A stretch of DNA of 64,000 nucleotides from Chrysomallon squamiferum (Eukaryota > Animalia > Mollusca). The stretch is from assembly GCA_012295275.1 (NCBI GenBank), contig CM022669.1, positions 10,850,001 to 10,914,000 of the forward strand, given 5' to 3'. Positions 23,759-64,000 of this stretch are shown here, in pieces. The notes below the pieces were generated by a model. It did not search any database. It was not told where the DNA came from and was given only the letters and a program-made list of their open reading frames with translations. The translations under genes were made by a program, and so were the position numbers. Position 1 is the first letter of the stretch, and the number at the start of each line of letters is the position of its first letter.

Positions 23759-24093
23759 GCTCATACTGACATACTAACGTATATGTTATAAATATTGTTT
23801 TCATTTATCTGTTACTTCTTGTTACTTTGATTCAGGTATTTAACCAAAAGAAAGAAAAAGAAAAAAAAAATGAGAGCCAAATCAAACAAGTAATAAAAGA
23901 AACTATTAAAAAGAATAAACTAAATAATATATAGCATCGATCAATACAGAGATTCTGCTATGAGTGACTGAATTTCTACAATAACTTTCTACTTTTGCAA
24001 AATATATAGTAGTACAGTAAGCTTTATTTCAGCAAAATGTGATCTGAAAATGAAATACTTTTGGTAATTACCACGTAATATAACAAAAACATT

Positions 24094-24135
<42 letters not shown>

Positions 24136-25200
24136 GTGATAATAATAATAATAATAAGTGTCTGGTATTTTATTGTGAACGACTTGTAGAAGTTGTATCG
24201 TTTTAATTTTAATTTCAGTTATTACTTAATCTGTCAAGCTGTGAAGAAAGTGATGAGTGTGTCTTTTGTCTGCCTGATTTTCATTTTGCATGATGCATTT
24301 CCCCTCCCCCACTTCTTTGATAGAACGTAAGACAGCTTAGCTGGAAAATAAATAAATAACAGTAAGATTGGCTAATGACTTAAGTTTTTATTTTAGCGGT
24401 GTTTTTTCGATATTAGAGTAATTTAGTTTTTTGTCTTTGCTACAGTTCTTTGACTTTAAATTTGTAGACGATTTGGAAATTACTCACAAGAACTGCAGTC
24501 AAAAGCCTTCATCCTTGGATTATCATTTCTTTACCATAAAAGACAAAACAAAATGTTGAATGTTATTCTTAGATCGTTACTGTATTTTAAAAGATGTTGT
24601 CTATTTGACTTTGGAGTTAAATCCCTTGCGTGTTTGGCGTCATCTTTTCAGTCTTGACGTCAAGTATCGGTGCTGACAGAAAGCTACCTAAAATAACCAA
24701 ACACTTAATTATGAAGAAATATTTCTGAAATAAAGTGGTGTATAGGTTCAAATCACTATCTTGAATTCTTAATTTATTAAAATCATGCAGGTCTGTTGTG
24801 TATGTTAATTCTAGAAAAAAATGAATATTTTAGTTTAAATCATTAGTCTTCTTTTTAATTTAATTTATTGTTAAAAAGATACGAACTTGTTGTATTTCTA
24901 TATTATTAGTTGTCATTATAATAATTTTCACTCATTAAAAAAAAAAAAAAAAAAAATTCTAAACATGTTTTTCGAAGCACAAAACAATAACATACACTGT
25001 ATTTATATATACGCTTGATAGACATATACTTTGATACACATATATGTGATAAATCACGATAAAAATTATCATTCTCCGATTTTCAATGGCTAGGTTTCTA
25101 CGCTAATAATCAGGTGGTATCCGAGTCCAATGTACACATCTATTACAGATAATCTGCGATAAAGCTTGTTGCAAGTTACTGTCGACTAAACAAATCAAAA

Positions 25201-27033
25201 ATGAATACAACAGGCGAACCATCGAATCAGTCGACTGGTCGAGAATATCCCAGAAATTTACAAAATGAAATGATTCCCGATTCTGAAGGGAATAACGAGA
25301 ACGTGGAACAGAAAGAGTGTATCAGTGACGTCACACAAGGTCTTAACCTGAATCTGGAGTACGTGCAAGTCAATCGCTCGTGCGGGTTATGCGACACGGA
25401 GACAGCCGAAGGTCGGTGTTTGGACTGCGACGAAGATTTGTGTGCTGTTTGTGTCAAGTACCACGAAAAACTGAAAATAACAGCCATGCATAATATTCTG
25501 TTTTTCGATTCTCCGGGAAATTTAAGAAAGATTAAAAACGGACCAGAGACTGTGAAAACTCGACACAACTGTCAGAAACACGAAGAAGAAATGCTAAGAT
25601 TCTTCTGTAAGATGTGCAGAGTTCCTGTTTGTAGAGATTGCATTCTGACGTCACACAAAGATCACGTGACCAGTGACATTCTCGATGAGGCCCATGGCGC
25701 AAAAGGGCAAGTTCGGAATCTTTTAATAAAAGTGGAGAAATCTAAAAACAGCATCGAGAAACAGTACGAAAAGCTAAAAGATTACGAAAATGAATTTCTT
25801 GAAAATATTGAATCGATTGGTCACATTGTTTCGCGTTTGTACAAAGATATTTCTGAAAGAATCGAAGAATCGCACAGAACACTTCTGAAAACTTTAGAGT
25901 CAACTAAGAAGGATGAAGTCGGGAGAATTCAGCACCGCCAAAAGTTCTGTAATCAAAAGCTTATTTCCATATCCGATTTTCTAAGCAAAGGGGAACAACT
26001 GTTGTTTTCTGAGTCAGATTCCGAAATAGTCCTCCAGATGGACATTCTCCGACAGGCGGCTCCCGCACTCTGTGACGTCAGAGACATCAGTCCTACCAAG
26101 GCGGAGTTCATTTTGTCTCGAAATGCCAATTTTGCCAAGAATACAGCCGACAATGTCATAGGTCATGTCTCATTTACCGTCACGGATTCAAAAGGTGACA
26201 GTGAACAAAAGTGCACGCATGTTCGAGAAGTTCGTCTTACTCGAGACATAGCATTCCATATCTGGGAAATGAAATGCACTAAGCCGTCAGTACGAGGAAT
26301 CTGCGAAAGCGTGAACGGAGTAATTTGGGTAGCTACCCCCAAGTCACTGCTCAAACTCGGTACGGACGGCAGACGTCAAAACAGCATTCACTTGACGTCT
26401 GACGTCTCCTGCATTATAGAAGGCAACGATGGAAAACTGCTGGTAGCTTTCAACCGTGGAAATGGAATTAAAGCTCTCTCCCATGATTCCGTTAGCACGT
26501 GGTCGCACTACGCGACGCTCCCAGACACGGTTGTGTCGATGTCTGCAACGGACGACAAACAGCGCGTCTTCGCGACTGTCGCAACGTCGCGAGATCTCAT
26601 TGTGTTCTGCAACCAAGGCAAAGACATGGTCAGGGTCAAACTGCCAGAAGAGCTAACCCAAAACAACTCCGTCATCACAAGCATGGCTATAGGAAAGAAC
26701 GGCGAAGCTGTCGTCTGCAGCAGTAACGGCAGACTAGTGATACTTTCAGACTCGTTCGACGTCAGATACGTTTACAAAGGCCCCAGCGGTGTCATGTTCC
26801 CTTCTAGTGTCTGCTATGACAACCAGGGTCACGTGATTATCGCAGACGGTAAAAGGCAGACGGTGCATATGATCAGCAGAACTGGACATTTCTTGGCCTT
26901 TTTGCTGAGCAAGGACGATTTTCAGGACATAGGTGCGCCAACCTGCGTCTGTGTGGATCAAAGTGAACGGCTCTGGGTTGGAACGGACATGGGGAATGTC
27001 TGCGCTTACACCTATATCCATGATGTGCAGTGA
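25201..27033 (+). CDS. RING-less TRIM-like protein: B-box1, B-box2, coiled coil, C-terminal NHL-like beta-propeller (single coding exon)
   Basis: 610-aa ORF. CGLC...CLDCDEDLCAVCVKYH...H (B-box type 1); CQKHEEEMLRFFCKMCRVPVCRDCILTSHKDH (B-box type 2); heptad-rich helical region; FPSSVCYDNQGHVIIADGKRQTVHMISRTGHFL and PTCVCVDQSERLWVG resemble NHL blades. Possible upstream acceptor TTACAG at 25143-25148 for a 5' UTR intron. Confidence 0.88.
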   Translation: MNTTGEPSNQSTGREYPRNLQNEMIPDSEGNNENVEQKECISDVTQGLNLNLEYVQVNRSCGLCDTETAEGRCLDCDEDLCAVCVKYHEKLKITAMHNILFFDSPGNLRKIKNGPETVKTRHNCQKHEEEMLRFFCKMCRVPVCRDCILTSHKDHVTSDILDEAHGAKGQVRNLLIKVEKSKNSIEKQYEKLKDYENEFLENIESIGHIVSRLYKDISERIEESHRTLLKTLESTKKDEVGRIQHRQKFCNQKLISISDFLSKGEQLLFSESDSEIVLQMDILRQAAPALCDVRDISPTKAEFILSRNANFAKNTADNVIGHVSFTVTDSKGDSEQKCTHVREVRLTRDIAFHIWEMKCTKPSVRGICESVNGVIWVATPKSLLKLGTDGRRQNSIHLTSDVSCIIEGNDGKLLVAFNRGNGIKALSHDSVSTWSHYATLPDTVVSMSATDDKQRVFATVATSRDLIVFCNQGKDMVRVKLPEELTQNNSVITSMAIGKNGEAVVCSSNGRLVILSDSFDVRYVYKGPSGVMFPSSVCYDNQGHVIIADGKRQTVHMISRTGHFLAFLLSKDDFQDIGAPTCVCVDQSERLWVGTDMGNVCAYTYIHDVQ

Positions 27034-27354
27034 ATACTGAAGTCACTAGTGTTAATTACAGCTAGCGAGGTCAGAACCAAATGTACAGATTAACAGTAAT
27101 ATTTCTTTTTTTTTTTTTTTTTCTTCTTCGTTTTCTTTAACTTTTTCGTAATTTCTCTTTCTTTTTTTTTTTTTTTTTGTTGTTATTTTTGTTTGTTTTT
27201 ACTTATTTAATGTTATAGCTTTGATCCTGGCGTTATCTACCTGCATGTTAAGTTAACTGATATAGTTCTGTGCGTGAGGAGAGGAGAGTATGAAAGGAGG
27301 GGAATCGTTATAGGCCTGGAATGTTTTAAATACTCCTAAAAATACACAGACACA

Positions 27355-27397
27355 CACTAACAATAACAATAACAATAACAATAACAATAACAATAAC

Positions 27398-27433
<36 letters not shown>

Positions 27434-27680
27434 AATAAATAAATAAATAAAGTTGAATTAGCCTAAATTAGCCACAAATAAATGTTTTTCTTTCCAAAAT
27501 GTTGTACTAGATAGCTAGATAGATAGACAGATTGACAGATATACAGATAAATAAATAGAGAGATAGACAGACAGATAGATAGATAGATAAATAAATAAAT
27601 AAATAAACAGATAGAGAGATGGATGGATGGATGGATGGATAGATAGATGGATATATTAGCAGATAGACAGATAGACAGAC
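27355..27680. repeat. Compound (AACAAT)n/(AAT)n/(AAAT)n/(AGAT)n/(GGAT)n microsatellites
   Basis: Directly visible downstream of the TRIM-like stop. Confidence 0.9.
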
Positions 27681-28292
27681 AAATATGTTAATAATTCAAG
27701 TGGCATATGGGAAGGTTTGAACTTGCTTTTTGTTACTCCTTAGCATACTATCTATCATTTATCAATGAATAGCATTGTTTGATCATTATTTTTATATAAG
27801 AATTGTGTTTTTGTTAGGTTAATTTTAAATTAGAATTTATAATAAGGTAAATAAATAAATAAAAACATAAACAAAAAAAATTGTACAGTGCATAAATAAA
27901 TAGTAAATAAATGAAAATGTAAAACTTTTTTGTACAGTGCATAAATAAATTTTATTTAAAACAATTCGCTGTTTCATCACCATGAGCGTGTATGCACATT
28001 TGGTTGCAACACAGAGTAGAGTAACATTTTCAACAATGGCATAATCAATTGTACAAGACATTAAATGTTGAAAGTGGAAATTAAGTCAACATATATATAT
28101 ATTCTGTAAGTAAAAACAAAACCATTCTTATTTCGACATACAGTTATCTACATGTTGTTCTTTCATCAATAGTGTCGGTTTCAAGAAACAAAAACAACGA
28201 ATATGTAAATAAAAAAATATAAATAAACAGATGTTTTTGTTTTTTTTACATATAATTATCTACACAATCTAACATATATATATATAGCCACA

Positions 28293-28342
<50 letters not shown>

Positions 28343-28442
28343 TAGTAATAATAATAATAACAATAATTATTATATAATAGCAATAATAATTATAATAATA
28401 ATAATAATACAAATAATACAAATAATTATAATAATAATAGCA

Positions 28443-28478
<36 letters not shown>

Positions 28479-30504
28479 CAAAAATAATAAATACAATTAA
28501 ATTGTATTTAACAACAGAACGTACAAATAGACTGTATAAGAATCTTATTACATCCACATAAAACACTGCACCAGAGAGAAATATACACGCTTGAACACCT
28601 AGGCCCATGCTAAAAGAAAGCATTATTTCATTTTATTTCAATATATTTAATCTATTTTTTCACAGCTAAAATCTTTTATTCACATATCTAAATCGTTGTT
28701 TTGTACTTTGGCCACAGTTTCGTATCGTGTTTTTCAAAATGAGGTCAAATATATTTTTTTTTAAATATATTTGTTTTTCTTTCTTTCTTTTCTGCTTTAA
28801 TCGATTTGTTTTTCTTCCAGTAATGGGCCTAATGATATTTATAGCATAAATCAAATATATATATATATTGTTGTCTTTTTTGTTTTCTTAAGAAGAATGA
28901 CATTTTATATTACAAATATTATCTACTAGTTTTCGGTAAAAGACGACGAACCTACCAAAGACATAAAATCTGTTCAGTATTAATGATATATATTAATATT
29001 CCACAAACTTTCACATATTTTAATCATTAACTATGATATATTATATATTCTAAACTTAACAAATATACGTATAAAAATCAATTATTTTTCGTGTTTCACG
29101 AATATGTATTACTGGCAATAACATTAAACCAGTGTGATGGTAACAGTCCAACACACATGCACGCATCAAGCACACTCACACTCACAAATTGATTTTTTAG
29201 GTATTCACAAAAGCAGAAAGAAACAAAAAAACAAACAAACAAAAACAATGTAATATCGTATCACAAGAGCAATAATGCCACATAAAGTTTTAACCGAAGT
29301 ATACGAATGGATAAATAAATAAATAAACTAAATACATTTGTGTATTTCTAAATCATTGTTTCATTTATTTCTAAAATTATAAGCACATAAGGAGGTGACC
29401 TTTTTTTTTTAAATTTCCGTTATTATTAATATTAATATTATTCGTGACGTCATTTCGTAGATAGAAATATTAGATATCATCGTAAATATTAGATATCATC
29501 GCAGTGAGCACTCTATATTACGTATTACGTATATTTCTTCGTACTTGGTGACGTCACGAAGAAATTTGTTATTATTAGCTCTCACCAATGTTTTTATTTT
29601 TTTTATTATTATCTTTTTATTAATTCTATTTTTATTATTGCACTTTATTATCAACAAAGTGTTGTCACCATTAATAAGCAAAACAATCATTTGGAAAGAT
29701 ACACAATTATTATTTATTTGTTTATTTATTTACTTCTACCACCACACGTACACTTTAAACTGTGACATTTCAAAGAAGCTGAGCAATGATGGTTTTAAAT
29801 AAATTAATCAGCTTCGATTTAATTACTGTTGGATTTTTTTGCACCTGACCTCTCCCAGTAAAGCGAACGAAAGCTATTGCACATTGTAGCCCACAATGTT
29901 ACATTTTAGAAAAAATTCAGTTCTGTCATTTATAAACAACTGAATAAATAAAATAATTGAAAAACAAAATAATAATAATACATATTAAAAAACAAGTAAT
30001 TCATATATGAAATTGGAACTAACTACCACAATTTTCAATTAAAAAGGCACAATAAACATTTTTAGTTGTTTTTCTTTTTTCTTTTTTCTTTTTTTTTTTT
30101 GCATATTGTTTTTCCTTTTTCTTTTTCAGCAAAACATTAATAATCATTTAAATCTTATTAAAGGCACATTAATTCAAATATCTGGAATCCATTCTTGTCC
30201 AGTTACGACGGTCAGTGTCACCATGGAAACGACAAATATGGTTTCAACATATGAAGAGAACCATTTCCTTTCTCTTTCAGTCTATCGACTGAAGCTTGTT
30301 CAATTATTTTTTTTTCATGAAGTTTGTTCTTTAGCACATTATTATTTCTTGATCTGTTCGTATAATCACAATTTCCTCACATAGTAATTATAGCAAATTC
30401 TTAAGCACAACTTAAGTTGTACATATTTCAGTTTTTACTCCGAATACCATGTTAACGTTTCTAACACAGGATGGATTGAAAATACGTCATGGAAGAAGAT
30501 TCTA

Positions 30505-60267
<29,763 letters not shown>

Positions 60268-60845
60268 CTGTAATGGAAAAATGCAAGATTTTAATGCACT
60301 GTCGTTTACGGTATAGTCATGTCATAATCTCAAATCTAGCTATTGCAACAAAACAAAATAATTAATATTTCATTTATGAAGTTTAAAATATCTGTTTAGA
60401 AGATTCATGTTAAGAACGTCATTGCAGAAACGACTTTTCAGATTGATGCTTTGTCAAACTATTGCAGTCTGTTCTTCTTGGTATTTTCACCAATTCAAAG
60501 TGAAAGGTAGTTATTCATCTTCGTTAAATAAATAAATAAATAAGTAAATACCTGATTGACTACAATAAATAAATAAAGTAAGATATGTCTTGAATGGTCT
60601 AACAAGGTATCGCAGACACGTCAAACTAAATGAAGAACTGATTCATACATTTTATGTTACAAAAATAAAATAAAAATGTTTCTACAAGGCTGAGAATGTT
60701 TACAAGTATGGTCAAAGCTAACTGTTATCTTTAACTGATTATGTACCTCTTTGATAGCATATTAATAAAGCATCCTTAAAGTTATTGTACTCTTATATTT
60801 TATACCCTATTCTTAAAGTATTCTGACAGAAAGCTGCAACACTGA

Positions 60846-60881
<36 letters not shown>

Positions 60882-61288
60882 AAACAAACAACAACACCAA
60901 ACTGACCAATAGACGCAGTCACAACTATATTACAAATAGTTCCGTTAGATTTGGTTAGAATGTTACCAAGTTAGATGTCATAAAATTTACTATTAAAAAA
61001 ACATCAATGAGAAAAACCAGTTGTGTGTCAAATATTATTTTAAGGAATCCATAATGGTTTTTGTAGATTTAAAATTTGGTTAGAAAGAATATAATTTAAA
61101 TTTTGGTTAGAATGAATATAATCTAGAAATTAGTTTTTGCTAACTAATAAACAGTCGCTGAATAAATAATAAAAGAAAAACCCTTGTAAGGATCAGTTTC
61201 TTTCAACACTATTATTGTACTGTATTTTTTTATTTGCTTTTTATTTTATTTATTTATTTATTTATTTATTTATTGATTTATCGATTTA

Positions 61289-61334
<46 letters not shown>

Positions 61335-64000
61335 TAGCTGTTCTTATACCTATCTATGTACAATCATTTCATGAAAATAATTATTGATTTGTAATGAGAG
61401 AATATCTTTTTTTGTTTGTTTTATTTTTTGTTATTGTTTGTGTATGTGTATGTACGTGTGAGTGTATGTGTAAAAATTTATAATATCTATATATATGTAT
61501 ATATGGTATATACATCACAATAATTATAAGAAACATCCACAATATTTCTTTTTCTTACCAAAATCTATAACTTAACCAGAAAAAAACCACTAACAAATAT
61601 CCATTCTAATCTGATCGAAATTCAACACAGTTAAATCCAGTAACGGGTAACATGAAGAACGTATTATCCCATCATCTTAGAAGACACAACAAGAAAACAG
61701 GTCCGATCCGACAACACTCGGTGGCTGCTGGTTGCAGAACAGACTTGAGAAAGAAGAATCCTCTCACCTATATGTCAGTCAGTGACGGTCAAGTGCATCC
61801 CTGTTCCACCGCAATGTCAGACAGCATGACGCCAAAGCTACGATGACAGCAGAAACTGGTTCGGGTTAATTTGCGAGCACAAAGACTCCATTGCATTGCT
61901 GCCTCCGCAAGGTACGTGCACGAGATTCTGAGTGAGGGTAAGGTATCCAGAACACGTGGCAGAAACAAAGGGCTGATAGTGGAAGCATCCCCACCATTAC
62001 CATCTCGTGTGGGTCCGTCAAATTGTTGTCCTTGAAATATTCTCGTTTTTTTTTTTATGTTCTCTCTAACAGATCTGATTTTTTTTTTTTTTATCGTGGT
62101 AATGCACAAGCGTAAATGAAAAAACAAAAAAACTGTGGCCTTTTGAAACAAAAGATGCATTGTGATGACATCTGGTATTAGCAAGGAATGACGGGGGTAT
62201 AAGAAATTCACAAACTGGATTAATGGATATGGCTTAAGTTCAAAGAATACAAAGAGGAATATTGTTTAATTAAGTCTAGACTGTTTTATTACAATACTAT
62301 TAGGTAACGTTAAATATTGAAGAAAACAAAAAGTGTTTTATGAATAAATAAGAGAGTAATGATAAAGTATTTTGCTTCCATATTCATCTGTTACAAAATA
62401 GTTGAGAATAAATTTTGAATTATAAATCACAAACAATGGACTGTTTAATATGTTATTACACATACAATAAGAGTGTATAATACGAGTAATGAAAGCATTA
62501 ACGAAGAAATGATATAACATCAACAACAACAACAATAATAAGTGAGGTGCATTTACAATAGGAAGGTTGTCTCATTCCTTTTCATGATTTTAACCTGAAT
62601 ATAATCGGCTATCTTTTAACATAACTATCACAAATATTAATATTTTAATATTAATATCAATAAATTTCTGTTTAACTAAAGTTTAACACACGTTAGCTTC
62701 TTAATGCAATTTCCATAGACAGAAATGCATAATACATTACCCGTGAAGCATTAAACATCAGTTTATGACTGGAACCACTAAGATGTAATATCTCTATACC
62801 TTGTCATTTCTTTTTAACATTATAACGATCGTAAAATTCAACAGCATTTGCCCAATATAGATGTGCTTGAGCGTTAAAATGACTGACTTACTGACAAACA
62901 CAGTTATGTATTCAAACGAACGCTGAACTTTATCGTATATTAATATAACAAGAAAAACCAAATTTCATTTAATACTAGTTGCAGAAATCATACTGCATAA
63001 TGGATTTCAGTTTCAAACAATTCCTGCGCTCTCAGTATGAGCCCTTTATGAAGTCCAATACCACAAAACTGTATCTGTTGCAACCGAAGAACAGTAGAAA
63101 GTGTTACTGTAACAAATTTGTATCGGATACATAAATCATTATTAACACATTAACAATGTTGAGAATTTAGTATATACAAGTAAAACATTAAAGTATTACC
63201 CTATCTGATATGATGAATTTCATACCTACTTCTTACTTACAAGAATATTTACACAGTCTGTCCATTGTTGTTTTATATACGAGAAAAAAATGTTGTCAAC
63301 ATTTTTAGTGGGTTTATCATTTTTATTTATCTCACAGGACGTCAGCAGTAATTTTGGAGTGTGTTATGGTAAATTAACGAATTTATTTTAACAAATTGTT
63401 TATGAATTAAGAGAGAGAGAAAAAAAAGAAATTATGACTACCAACACTATAGTTGTTATTGCATTATCAGTACTGGTTAACGTAAGCAAAATGAGGTTCT
63501 GATAAGAACTGGAAACTAGGGATATTTTACACCCATCTACCCGAAGACAGGAGAGTACAGAGTAAGTCAGTTAAACGTGGCCGTAACACGACAGATCAGT
63601 GGGCGAAAAGGTATGAATAGGAAAGAAAAGAGGCAACAGAAATAACGAAATAATAATTTTTTAAAAAATATATGTTTTTAATTTTTTTATTGACTAAATT
63701 AAAACTGCGTTATTTGTTTATTTAAAAGTTCATTATTTATGGAATTTCCTACAGACAATCCTAGACTAATTCTGAAAACATCATAAACAATAACAACAAC
63801 AAAAGACCCCATATATGTTTCTCTCGAATCTTTGATGTGTTTAAAATAGGAAGGCTTAAATTCTTCTTCATACATCAAGTTAATCCTAGCCCTAGAACAC
63901 TGGCTGCTGCACTGATGTAACGAGTCCACGTGACCTGATTGATTTGACGTAATCTGACTAATCACCACGAGCCGCAAACTAAACAATCAAAATCAATCAC

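Noticed and set aside
25227-27021. Several short ORFs overlapping the TRIM-like gene
   Set aside because: Alternate-frame or antisense shadows of the 610-aa ORF.
63699-63986. 95-aa - strand ORF as a possible further myosin exon
   Set aside because: No myosin motifs or convincing splice boundaries.

Overview
AT-rich, microsatellite-laden eukaryotic genomic DNA with spliceosomal GT-AG introns, most consistent with a lophotrochozoan (probably a mollusc; inferred from gene content). Four genes were reconstructed by hand. (1) The 3' nine exons of LRRC49 (+, 646-7984). (2) A complete REEP5/DP1/Yop1 gene (-, 12739-23334) with a second, diverged, in-phase alternative first exon and a 33-nt micro-exon. 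(3) An intronless, RING-less two-B-box/coiled-coil/beta-propeller TRIM-like gene (+, 25201-27033). (4) A multi-exon chitin synthase (-, 30505 to at least 60267) with EDR, QRRRW and WGTRE motifs and an upstream myosin converter/IQ exon; it carries two apparent +1 frameshifts. The most unusual signal is that most complex tandem repeats here are duplicated splice junctions (donor, acceptor, branch point or exon edge), seen in all three spliced genes. No database searches were possible, so family calls rest on recognised motifs and consistent splice phases.
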